A stretch of DNA of 63,608 bases, filler included, from Octopus bimaculoides (Eukaryota), in assembly GCF_001194135.2 (NCBI RefSeq). It is 6 parts of 6 records of this genome, joined end to end, with 100 filler letters (N's around TTAATTAATTAA, not from the genome) between each part and the next. Parts side by side here need not be neighbours in the genome. Positions count along the whole stretch, not along the records: positions 1 to 31,406 come from NC_068997.1; 5 more parts are not named here. One strand, given 5' to 3'. The notes under the pieces were generated by a model. The model was not told where the DNA came from. It worked only from the letters and a program-made list of their open reading frames with translations, and did not search any database. The translations under genes and the position numbers were made by a program. This document shows positions 12,395 through 22,950 of the stretch, piece by piece; position 1 is the stretch's first letter; the number at the start of each line of letters is the position of its first letter.

Positions 12395-12590
12395 CACTAT
12401 CACGTGACCTTATTAACGGCTGTGATTGGTCAGTTTGCGTTCTGGCGGGAACGGTTCGAAGAAGTTGCCGATTCGAATAATGATCAGTCACGTGATGACA
12501 AGGTTAATGTTCTCCGCTACGTTCGCGTTTGTTTATATTTAAATGAGAAGAATGGCGATAGCAGTTTTGTATCTAATGGCGGTAGGTAGT
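12395..12590. promoter_or_regulatory. Candidate CpG-rich TATA-less promoter
   Basis: TCACGTGAC 12400-12408, ATTGG 12425-12429, GTCACGTGA 12487-12495, AATGGCG 12551 and 12575; CpG-rich relative to flanks. Confidence 0.45.
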
Positions 12591-12604
12591 TTCACTACAT
12601 ATAT

Positions 12605-12725
12605 ATACGACGAGCTTCTTATAGCCTCGGCTCGAGGCTATAATGAAGGACACTTGCCCACGCAGTAGGACTGAACCCGAAACCGTGAGGTTAGGAAGAA
12701 AGCTTACCACACAGCCACACCTGCG
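12605..12725 (-). mobile_element. SINE family A head fragment
   Basis: GACACTTGCCCA..GGACTGAACCCG..CTTACCACACAGCCAC. Confidence 0.8.
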
Positions 12726-13149
12726 TCTGCGCACATACACTTGCGCCCTTATATCTGTGTGTGTGCGTGTATGTGTACATATAGACATACACACACATAG
12801 ATATATGTGTGTATGTATGTATATATATATATATGTGTGTGAGTGTGTGTGTATGCGTCTATTTGTCTGTGTTTCTCCTCCAAAACTACATGAAAATCGT
12901 TTTTTTATGCATCACTCGCTCATCTCCACCCCGACCCCCCATCTCCATCACATCGATATTACCTTGTACTGTCGCACGTGTAGTCACATGGCAAATGTCG
13001 AAGTAATCGCAGAACAACTTGAAATGAAGCTGTTTTTGCTCAAAAATACAGCATACCATTAATGGCATGAACCTGAGTACTTTAATTTAGTAATCGTCGA
13101 AATGAGTTTCAGGAATTTTCTATATTCAGATTTTATCAGATGTAATCTT

Positions 13150-13432
13150 ATTGTGTTGTGTTGGCACTCCAACACTTACGACGTCGAGGGTTCCAGTTGA
13201 TCCAATCAACGGAACAGCCTGCTCGTGAAATTAACGTGCAAGTGGCTGAGCACTCCACAGACACGTGTACCGTTCACGTAGTTCTCGGGGATATTCAGCG
13301 TGACACAGTGTGACAAGGCTGACCCTTTGAATTACAGGCACAACAGAAACAGGAAGTAAGAGTGAGAGAAAGTGGTGGTGAAAGAATACAGCAGGGTTCG
13401 CCACCATCCCCTGCCGGAGCCTCGTGGTGCTT
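13150..13432 (-). mobile_element. SINE family D (runs into gap)
   Basis: Near-identical to 22612-22950. Confidence 0.9.
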
Positions 13433-14221
13433 NNNNNNNNNNNNNNNNNNNNNNNNNNNNNNNNNNNNNNNNNNNNNNNNNNNNNNNNNNNNNNNNNNNN
13501 NNNNNNNNNNNNNNNNNNNNNNNNNNNNNNNNNNNNNNNNNNNNNNNNNNNNNNNNNNNNNNNNNNNNNNNNNNNNNNNNNNNNNNNNNNNNNNNNNNNN
13601 NNNNNNNNNNNNNNNNNNNNNNNNNNNNNNNNNNNNNNNNNNNNNNNNNNNNNNNNNNNNNNNNNNNNNNNNNNNNNNNNNNNNNNNNNNNNNNNNNNNN
13701 NNNNNNNNNNNNNNNNNNNNNNNNNNNNNNNNNNNNNNNNNNNNNNNNNNNNNNNNNNNNNNNNNNNNNNNNNNNNNNNNNNNNNNNNNNNNNNNNNNNN
13801 NNNNNNNNNNNNNNNNNNNNNNNNNNNNNNNNNNNNNNNNNNNNNNNNNNNNNNNNNNNNNNNNNNNNNNNNNNNNNNNNNNNNNNNNNNNNNNNNNNNN
13901 NNNNNNNNNNNNNNNNNNNNNNNNNNNNNNNNNNNNNNNNNNNNNNNNNNNNNNNNNNNNNNNNNNNNNNNAAAAAAAAAAAAATGTGAATAGTGAACGA
14001 AAACAAAAAAAGCAAAAATTTATAGAACATAATGTTGAAAGATGTAAAAAGCTAAACAATGCAAATAGATTTTAATAGATTTTAATAGATTTTAATAGAT
14101 TTTAACGTAAACTAAAAGTAAGTTAGCTGGTAATCTTTGGTCTTATATGTATCCAATATTTTGGGACATACAAGTCCCTTCTTTAGGGTTAAAAAGGAAC
14201 TGTCCTTGGTTAGATGTTTCT

Positions 14222-14522
14222 TACTCTTTTACTCTTTTACTTATTTCAGTCATTTGACTGCGGCCATGCTGGAGCACCACCTTTAGTCGAGCAAATCGAC
14301 CCCAGGACTTATTCTTTGTAAGCCTAGTACTTATTCTATCCGTCTCTTTTGCCGAACCCCTAAGTTACGGGGACGTAAACACACCAGCATTAAGGGAGGG
14401 GCCAGTCGATTAGATCGACCGCAGTACGCAACTGGAACTTAATTTACCGACCCCGAAGGATAAAAGGCAAAGTCGACCTCGGCAGGAATTGAACTCAGAA
14501 CGTAAAGATAGACGAAATACCG
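14222..14522 (-). mobile_element. SINE A tail abutting SINE B core
   Basis: CAGTCATTTGACTGCGGCCATGCTGGAGCACC (A tail), then GGCAAAGTCGACCTCGG..GAACTCAGAACG (B). Confidence 0.85.
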
Positions 14523-14861
14523 TAGTTGTGTGAACATTGGGGTGTATGTGTAGTCCTATGGGTATTAAAATGTATATCTGATTGTCTAGACATTCGAGTG
14601 TATGCGTGATTAATCAATTATTATTATTAGGAGAGTATTGTAGTTCGCTTGAAGCATTGTGTATTGTTTGTAAAGAATAAAAGTTTTGATTGGTACAACA
14701 ATGCATTATAATACAAAAAATGGACTATATACCTGTTGTAATTGAGTTATCTATAGTCCGATTATAGATAGATAACTAAATTTAGTTATCTATAGCTGTA
14801 CTTCTTATTCTTTATTCTTATTCTTGTTTTTCTTCTTCTTATTATTATTATTGAGTGAGTG

Positions 14862-15410
14862 AAAGAGCAGTACATGCCATCAAAGTGACACTGAAGTAGA
14901 AAATATACGAAGCCCAGTATGCCCATCATGTCTACCCATCTGATAAGGGTACACTAGGTACATGCATCACAACTATATGTACGCGAAATGGTGATCTCAT
15001 ATCAAGATAAACAGCGCATGATCTTACAGGTGGGGCCCAGTTAGAATTTTCTTCAGGTTGAGTAACCCATTCTGCTCAAAAGGTCCTTGAACAAGGGTTG
15101 TTTAAGTATGTTGAACGAAACACCCATGTTTCCAGAGGTGAATTACTCAAACTTCAAAGAATTCCTCTCAGCAAATAGCCATGATGCTCCTCCACCGTGA
15201 TCAGAGATGCACATATGATGTGCCACGAAAGGACAGACATGCTCAGCTAGTTAAGGCAAGACAACTGACAAGCAAATCTGTGGTATCGGACAGAATATTT
15301 GTTGTATTCCATCTTTTTTTACCAAGACAAAACAATGTACAAGATAACACTTCCAATCAGATGAGATAAGAAGTCACGAGAGCCACTGCCTGGTACTGCA
15401 ATTAGGCATT
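14862..15410 (-). repeat. Unclassified interspersed repeat E whose end abuts (TAA)n
   Basis: TTGAGTGAG..GAGCAGTACATGC..ATCAAA.TGACAC directly after a (TTA)n run; same terminus at 15996-16035. Confidence 0.6.
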
Positions 15411-15446
15411 TATTTCATGTAGTTGTGTAAACATTGGTGTTTATTA

Positions 15447-15499
<53 letters not shown>

Positions 15500-15502
<3 letters not shown>

Positions 15503-15693
15503 TTAGCACGTCGAGCGAAATGCTTAGCAGTATTTCATCTGCCGCTACGTTCTGAGTTCAAATTTCGCCGATGTCGACTTTGCTTTTTATCCTTTCGGGC
15601 TGATAAATTAAGTGCCAGTTGAATACTGGGAGTCGATGTGATCGACTAATCCCCTGTCCCCAAATTTGAGGCCTTGTGCTTCCAGTAGAAAGC

Positions 15694-15695
<2 letters not shown>
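15500..15695 (+). mobile_element. SINE family B
   Basis: TTAGCACG..GAAATGCTTAGC..GTTCTGAGTTCAAATT core. Confidence 0.85.
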
Positions 15696-15745
<50 letters not shown>

Positions 15746-15952
15746 TAACAACAATAACAACAACAATAATAATAATGATAATAACAATAATAATAATAAT
15801 GATAATAATAATAACGATGATGATAATAATAATAATAATNNNNNNNNNNAATAATAATAATAATAATAATAATGATAACAACAATAACAACAACAATAAT
15901 AATAATGATAATAACAATAATAATAATAATGATAATAATAATAACGATGATG

Positions 15953-15984
<32 letters not shown>

Positions 15985-16032
15985 TATTATTATTATTGAG
16001 TGAGCGAGCAGTACATGCTATCAAATTGACAC

Positions 16033-16094
<62 letters not shown>

Positions 16095-16110
16095 AATAAT
16101 AATAATAATA
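15696..16110. repeat. Compound (TAA/CAA/GAT)n microsatellites
   Basis: Triplet arrays in both orientations. Confidence 0.95.
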
Positions 16111-16293
16111 TTAAATATAGGTAGAGGGTAAGAAATAAAAGAAGTGGGGGTGCTGATAAATTAAATCGACTGAAGAAATATAAATGACGAAATGGGAGGA
16201 AATAAGATTTGAAGTGAAGAATGTGAATAGGCATTTAAAGACATTTCTTGCGGGGTTCTACAGAGCTTTTGCTTATTGTTTATATTTACTTAC

Positions 16294-16318
16294 TTTCGTA
16301 GCCTGCTGACTCAGCCAT
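16294..16318 (-). CDS. Candidate first coding exon of unannotated spliced gene; MAESAGYE + phase 1
   Basis: gcggtgATGG context, in-frame TAA 4 codons upstream, donor AAA|GTAAGT; phase matches exon 2. Confidence 0.6.
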
Positions 16319-16489
16319 CACCGCTGTTTATTATTCAAGTAGTTTCAGTGAATTGTCATAACTCGGTTTCTTCGCTCTACTCTTGTTCTCGTTCTCTCTG
16401 TGTGTATGTACCTTTGTGTTTGTCTAAATCTACAAGATGTTTGTATTTTATGTTACTATGTCTGAAAAAATTTCCCCTTCGTCACCTTT

Positions 16490-16580
16490 ATATGACATCA
16501 TTATGTTCAGGTATTTACTGCATTTGCTGAATGATTTACAATGAAAATGAACAACAGGAAACAAAATTAGCCAATTGGAA
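16490..16580 (-). promoter_or_regulatory. Candidate promoter elements upstream of exon 1
   Basis: TGACATCA (CRE-like) 16493-16500 and CCAATTGG 16571-16578 in non-repetitive DNA. Confidence 0.3.
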
Positions 16581-16887
16581 TGCACGTCTTCTACCCTGGG
16601 TGGCGACGGAGGGAGGTTCTAATATTACGTTTCGTTTCACCTTACCGCTTTCGCAAAGGAAGGTGATGATAAGATTGGAACGGTGGGGAAGTAAAATGGT
16701 ATCAACATTAGTAGACACTCCTTAAAAAAAAAAAAATCGATCATAAAAAGATTCGAACTCACCGGCTAGATACATATTATCAAACAGGCCAAACAACTCC
16801 CACCTACTGTTGTAACTCGCTATCTGTCAATAAAATCTGATATATTTATAGCTTACTTCAGTTCAACCGTAATAGTTTACTACTTAA

Positions 16888-17032
16888 AACATGACTGTAT
16901 GGTTAAGAAGCTGCTTCGCAATCAGAAAGTCCACTGCACGGCACCTTGCCCAAGTGTATTCTACTATAACCCCGAGGCGACCAAATATCTTGCTAGGAAA
17001 TCTGGTAGACGGAAACTATGTGGAAGCCCGTC
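16888..17032 (+). mobile_element. SINE family A head
   Basis: GTATGGTTAAGAAGCTG..GGTAGACGGAAACT. Confidence 0.75.
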
Positions 17033-17119
17033 TTATATTATATCATATTATATTATATACATGCGAGTGCTTGTGTTTGCGTTTGTCTCCCCTACACCAA
17101 TTGATAACACAAGCACACG

Positions 17120-17152
<33 letters not shown>

Positions 17153-17171
17153 ATAGATAAAACAAAACCAG

Positions 17172-17227
17172 GGCAGCGAGCTGGCAGAGTCGTTAGCGCG
17201 CCGGGCGAAATGCTTAGCGATATTTCG
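17172..17227 (+). mobile_element. SINE family B head (runs into gap)
   Basis: GAGCTGGCAGAGTCGTTAGCGCGCCGGGCGAAATGCTTAGCG. Confidence 0.8.
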
Positions 17228-17850
17228 NNNNNNNNNNNNNNNNNNNNNNNNNNNNNNNNNNNNNNNNNNNNNNNNNNNNNNNNNNNNNNNNNNNNNNNNN
17301 NNNNNNNNNNNNNNNNNNNNNNNNNNNNNNNNNNNNNNNNNNNNNNNNNNNNNNNNNNNNNNNNNNNNNNNNNNNNNNNNNNNNNNNNNNNNNNNNNNNN
17401 NNNNNNNNNNNNNNNNNNNNNNNNNNNNNNNNNNNNNNNNNNNNNNNNNNNNNNNNNNNNNNNNNNNNNNNNNNNNNNNNNNNNNNNNNNNNNNNNNNNN
17501 NNNNNNNNNNNNNNNNNNNNNNNNNNNNNNNNNNNNNNNNNNNNNNNNNNNNNNNNNNNNNNNNNNNNNNNNNNNNNNNNNNNNNNNNNNNNNNNNNNNN
17601 NNNNNNNNNNNNNNNNNNNNNNNNNNNNNNNNNNNNNNNNNNNNNNNNNNNNNNNNNNNNNNNNNNNNNNNNNNNNNNNNNNNNNNNNNNNNNNNNNNNN
17701 NNNNNNNNNNNNNNNNNNNNNNNNNNNNNNNNNNNNNNNNNNNNNNNNNNNNNNNNNNNNNNNNNNNNNNNNNNNNNNNNNNNNNNNNNNNATATATACA
17801 AAGACACACACACAGATATATATACATGTATGTATAAATTTCACACGTGT

Positions 17851-17883
<33 letters not shown>

Positions 17884-17904
17884 GTGCGTGCGTGCGTATG
17901 TGTG

Positions 17905-18120
17905 TGTGAAGGTGCGTGGCTTAATGCTCAGGGCATTGGGCTCACGATCATAAGGTCGTGAGTTCAATTCCCAGCGACACGTTGTGTCCTTGAGCAAGGC
18001 ACTTTATTTCACATTGCTCCAGTCCACTCGGCTGGCAAAAATGAGTAGTACCTGTAATTACAAAGGGCCAGCTTTGTCACACATTGTCAAGCTGTTCCGT
18101 TGATCGTATCAGCTGGGACC
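17905..18120 (+). mobile_element. SINE with C-type head and D-type tail
   Basis: Head ..GTGAGTTCAATTCCC..TTGCTCCAGTCCACTC, then GCTTTGTCACAC..GCTGTTCCGTTGATCG. Confidence 0.75.
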
Positions 18121-18135
18121 NNNNNNNNNNNNNNN

Positions 18136-18187
<52 letters not shown>

Positions 18188-18193
18188 TATATA

Positions 18194-18420
18194 GGAAAAT
18201 TATAGTCGTCAACTCAACTTAACTAAGGATGTGAATAACACCTACATAGCTAGACATAGGAGCCAAAATGCTCCAATGCTGTTACAAAGCACACAGCATA
18301 TACTCTGATAGGGGCTGCAGTCACCCCGAATCGAGAATTCCTTAGACTGACCGGCCAGTTCCGGCTATTTCCCAGGCCATCTTCAGTAAGGCCAGCTCGT
18401 TCGGTTAATTCCGGGCTAGC
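18194..18420 (+). mobile_element. Left part of putative TIR element
   Basis: Starts TA|GGAAAATTATAGTCGTCAACT; body 18279-18420 is an inverted homolog of 18775-18921. Confidence 0.5.
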
Positions 18421-18484
18421 ATTCGCTAATGTTATACAACAAATTAATAAAAAACTACTGTTTACGATATTATACCGCAAAAAG

Positions 18485-18700
18485 AGGGCGAGCTGGCAGA
18501 AATGTTAGCACGCAGGGCAAAATGCTTAGCGGTATTTCAATGTCTTTACGTTCTGAGTTCAAATTCCGCCGAGGTCGACTTTGCCTTTCATCCTTTCGGG
18601 GCTCGATAAATTAAGTACCGGTTGCATGCTGGAGTCGATCTAATCGACTGGCTCCCTCCCCCAAAATTTAGGGGCTTGTGCTTAGAGTAGAAAAGAATAT
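18485..18700 (+). mobile_element. SINE family B, full length
   Basis: GAGCTGGCAGAAATGTTAGC..GAGTTCAAATTCCGCCGAGGTCGACTTTGCC. Confidence 0.9.
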
Positions 18701-18711
18701 TATACGGTAAA

Positions 18712-18921
18712 GGAAAACTATAATCGCCAACTAAACTTCATTATGGGTGTGAATATATATACTCTGATCGGCGAGCTAACCCGGAATCAACCTAACGAAC
18801 TGGCTTTACTTAAGATGGCTACGAAAATAGCCGGAAATGGCCGGTTTGTCTAAGGAATTCTCGGTTCGGTGTTCGCTGCGATTACAGCTCTTATCAGAGT
18901 AGATTATGTGATTTGTAACAG
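18712..18921 (-). mobile_element. Right part of the same putative TIR element, opposite orientation
   Basis: GGAAAACTATAATCGCCAACT terminus plus inverted body. Confidence 0.5.
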
Positions 18922-18954
18922 ATTAAGAAGTTTAGGAAACTCAAAGGTCAGAGA

Positions 18955-19230
18955 ATGAAGACGGAATTCCGTCACCCACCTGTGAAAGTAGTAATTAATA
19001 TAAGTAGCCGACATCTAGAAAGCTCTGAAAAAGCAATACTAAACAAAGGTCTCAACTTTGCAACAGCTATCAAGCGCATTCCATACTTGGACATAGTAAC
19101 CCTAATTGAAGAGATAGCCATAAAGATACCAAAAGCTCAGGGAGATGAACTAAGGGGGAAAGTGAGACAGGTACTAGAAAAAGCGAAACTTCCCAAACCA
19201 AACATCACTAAGTAAGAAACGTTCGCTTAC
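18955..19230 (+). mobile_element. Penelope-like element N-terminal ORF fragment
   Basis: VINISSRHLESSEKAILNKGLNFA..KPNITK; same motif as LINLSKK..ILAKGLKFTP near 27720-27795. Confidence 0.7.
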
Positions 19231-19234
19231 CTAC

Positions 19235-19630
19235 CAGAAACTTCTCTGTTAATAGATATGTCTGTCTCACAAGATAAAAATGTCTCACGTAAAGGCTATG
19301 AAAAGCTTTCTCACTATAAAGATCTGCAAATTGAAATCACAAAAATATGGAATCTTACTTAGTACTGCAATAATACCAGTGATAATTGGTGCGTTTAGAA
19401 TGATAAAGAAGGGAGCTGAGAAGTATATTAAGCCACTCCCTGGTAACTTCAATATCCGTGAGCTCCAAACGATAACCTTGATGGGTACAGCCCATATACT
19501 ACAGAAAGCACTCTCCATCTGAAATGGAATAAATGTGGTGGTAATTTTAGCATGCGTAGCAAAACAAAAGTGCCCTTGCTACTCTTGGCCTATGGAAGGT
19601 GCCCGGTACTAAGGCAGATGAAATATAGTT
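19235..19630 (+). mobile_element. R4/Dong-clade LINE 3' end (RLE domain + 3' UTR)
   Basis: LLIDMSVSQDKNVSRKGYEKLSHYKDLQIEI..PVIIGA..MGTAHILQKALSI, followed by (TAA)n. Confidence 0.75.
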
Positions 19631-19659
19631 ATAATGACAAGAAGCCATAAAATGATAAT

Positions 19660-19689
19660 GATCATAATAATAATGATAATAATAATAAC

Positions 19690-19746
<57 letters not shown>

Positions 19747-19748
19747 TA
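19660..19748. repeat. (TAA)n microsatellite
   Basis: Triplet run. Confidence 0.97.
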
Positions 19749-19759
19749 TACATATTTTA

Positions 19760-19880
19760 TATGTGAATTTGCGTGTGTAAACTGGGAATGCATACAATGA
19801 GCTTCTCTGCCCAAGGTGTACGGAAAACACTCGGCGAGAAATGGAAGAAAATTTGAAGAAAGAAGAAAAAAAACATTATA
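19760..19880 (+). repeat. Repeat F between TAA runs
   Basis: Reverse-complement match to 47710-47822. Confidence 0.75.
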
Positions 19881-20050
19881 ATAATAATAATGGTTTCAAG
19901 TTATAATTTCTTTATTTTCTCCAAGGGCATAAAAGTGGGACATTACAGAGACAAAAATATTTTTTAAATGCTAACATATAATTTTACATCGGGTGAATTA
20001 TACAACAGTATAAAGTTGTGAAAAACATGACAAATAAAAATTATATCATT

Positions 20051-20264
20051 CGAAGGGTTGCTCAAAAGTTCCTGAATTTAAGCGTATCGCGAAAGACCTG
20101 ATGGGAGCCCCAACCTTCCGAGTTCTACAGGTCTTAGAAAAACTGAAGGATCACTGCAACAAGTGTGTGAATCTGAGAGCGGAATATGTTGAAGAAAATC
20201 ATAATTAACTGAACCACGTGTGTTTTCCTTTGCAAAAAGCAGGAACGTTTTGGCAACCCCCTCC
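20051..20264 (+). mobile_element. mariner-derived MITE (214 bp)
   Basis: TIRs CGAAGGGTTGCTCAAAAGTTCCTG / CAGGAACGTTTTGGCAACCCCCTCC|TA; internal CNKCVNLRAEYVE resembles the mariner transposase C-terminus. Confidence 0.8.
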
Positions 20265-20533
20265 TAAATAATATATATAATAACAATATAGCAATATTAT
20301 GAAAAGAGCATTGTAAATTTATTGGCCCCAAACGGTTTCAATTGTTCCAATGAAGCAAGCAAATGCCTTTTCTCAGCAGTCGTTTAAAAAAGTTTCTTCA
20401 GAGTTGAGTCATGCAGCTATTTCTAACCTTTTAACCATTGTCATCCACCTGACAATGAGGGAAACCTGTTCTAGTTTCTTGGTATACTAAAAATAATACA
20501 CATATTTGTCTCAAACTATATGCCTACCGCCTC

Positions 20534-22060
20534 GATATTTACATTTCTGCTTCATTTACCCGAATGGGATTTTACTGCATGTACTTTAAAGCTAGTTCAT
20601 TAATTGCAGTACATTGTGTAGGAAGTGATTAATGACTAAATAATTTAGAATAGAAAAAAATGTTAATTTGAAAAATACAAGATGGACAAAATTAGAGAAT
20701 GTATATTAAATTCAAGAAACCAAAGTTTTGCCAGAGATTTTACCATCCACATCAATAATAAGTTGTGTACATTCCTTTAGTTTTAATGATTCAGCACGTC
20801 TCCATCCACAGGATTTGACCAATTTCTCACATGTTCTGATGAAATTTTATTCCATTCTTCCTGACGTTTTCCCCACAAAATCGTAACATTCGCAGGTCAG
20901 TGCTCTCTAATCTTATCACCAAGTAGCTTCCATAAGTTTTCAATAGGATTAGGGGTCAGGACTTCGAGCTGGCCAGCACATCACATTAATGTTTTAAGCT
21001 TCAAATACCTCCTTAACTATTTTAAGCACTGTGACATGGCGCATTAATTTGCATAAAGATTGGCTGACGAGTTGGAGATGACCTCATAGCGGGCACAACA
21101 TGCTGTAGAACGATGCTTTTGTATATGGCTGCATTCACAATACCATGGATCTGGATCAAAGGCCCAACACCTGCTGCAGAAATCATTCCCAACACGTTAA
21201 ATACCCACCCCCAGACTTCACTGATTTTTTCATGCATTTAGGGAGCAATCTTTCACTTATACGACGTCTCTCGTATTGTCTAGCATCAGAGCCAACCAAA
21301 TTGAACTTGCTTTCATCACTCTAGAACTCATAAGACTAGTTGTTGTCCATTGAAAGTAGTTGCTCATTGGCAAAGTCTAACCTAGCTTTTCGGTTCTTCA
21401 TACTGATGAGAAGCTTAGTGGCGGGGCAATGGCATGAAGCCCAACTTCCTTCAAACGACAAGTCACAGTCTTCCGAGACACATTCATTCCGTAATCACGA
21501 CTTACTTGGCGAGAAATTCCTGCAGCAGTATCAAAACGGTCTCTAAAAGAGAACCTCTGAATTACAGTTTTGCCATATACTTGTTTTCGGTGGAATCCCT
21601 CACATTTTTCTAATGACACAAACGAGCTTGTTTCTTCATAAACCTTGAGTATTCCTGAAACAACACTCTTTGATCTGTTGATGGTGATAGCAGAGATTAC
21701 TATTCGCTTCTTAAGGCCTGCGACAACTTTACGTTGGCTTTCCATGGTTGCTAATTCACTACTTTTCAATATAAATCTTCGCATCGTTAGGTCAAATTAT
21801 TTTACATTAGTCCGAGTGCTGCCAGATTTTACTTCTTGAATTTTACGCCATACATTTTCTAATTTTTTCTATCTTGTGAGTTTCAAATAAACATTTTCTC
21901 TATGATAAATTATTTAGTTATTAATCACTTCCTACAAAATTTATTGTTAAAACTGAACATGCTCTAAAGAATATTCAGTAAAAATCCCATTTGCAGAAGT
22001 AAAATAGAAATGTAAATATCGTTAAATTTTATTTTCGTTCTCTAATTTTGGTCACTACTG
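20534..22060 (-). mobile_element. Decayed Tc1-family transposon with long IR/DR-type TIRs
   Basis: HTH part ..SKSVVSGILK..VSRKTVTCRLKE (21398-21784); DDE part GMISAAGVGPL..FMQ(I)NAPCH and WPARSPD-NPIENLW; right end TA|CAGTAGTGACCAAAATTAGAGAAC; inverted homology 20534-20700 vs 21850-22020; frameshifts. Confidence 0.88.
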
Positions 22061-22261
22061 TATATGTATATATGTATATGTATGTATGGCCGCATGTATA
22101 TGTATATATGCATATGTACGTGTGTACGCATGAAAATATGTACACTTGTATGCTTGTATATACGTACATGTATGTACGTATATATGTATGCATTTTATGT
22201 GTATATGTATGTATGTATGTATGTATATATGTATGCATTTTATGTATGTATGTATGTATGT
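22061..22261. repeat. (TATG)n/(TA)n microsatellite
   Basis: Degenerate tetranucleotide run. Confidence 0.9.
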
Positions 22262-22522
22262 GATAGTGAGTAATATTCCAGGGAACTAAAATAGAGAATT
22301 TGGGTTGTTTTGCATAATTTACTGTATTTGTAATTGAATAGATTTTTCGAGATCTGCGTTTATTTACAAGTGTTCTCGGAAAAACCCAGCGTTATTTAAA
22401 TATGTACTTACATTGCTTAGGCTACATGTGACAATAACTCCAAAGAACCATCTATAACAGGTATACAAATATAATTAGTTTCGCTCTATCTCACAATGTA
22501 TGCGTAAAAGTACACCCAAACA

Positions 22523-22562
<40 letters not shown>

Positions 22563-22611
22563 CACATATTTAGATGCATACGTACATATAGACATACATA
22601 CATTCATATAT

Positions 22612-22950
22612 GTTGTTGTTGTTGTTGTTGGCACTCCGTCGCTTACGACGTCGAGGGTTCCAGTTGATCCGATCAACGGAACAGCCTGCTCGTGAAATTA
22701 ACGTGCAAGTGGCTGAGCACTCCACAGACACGTGTACCGTTAACGTAGTTCTCGGGGATATTCAGCGTGACACAGTGTGACAAGGCTGACCCTTTGAATT
22801 ACAGGCGCAACAGAAACAGGAAGTAAGAGTGAGAGAAAGTTGTGGTGAAATAGTACAGCAGGGTTTGCCACCCTCCCCTGCCGGAGCCTCGTGGAGCTTT
22901 AGGTGTTTTCGCTCAATAAACACTCACAACGTCCGGTCTGCGAATCGTAA
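22612..22950 (-). mobile_element. SINE family D
   Basis: (GTT)n-GGCACTCCGTCGCTTACGACGTCGAGGGTTCC.. homologous to 10250-10635. Confidence 0.9.

Noticed and set aside
12964-13070. Minus-strand segment with donor AAG|GTAATA as an extra exon of the hidden gene
   Set aside because: Acceptor lacks a polypyrimidine tract and it is not needed for frame continuity.
15696-15985. Duplicated compound TAA block
   Set aside because: Copies flank a 10-N gap; likely an assembly overlap.
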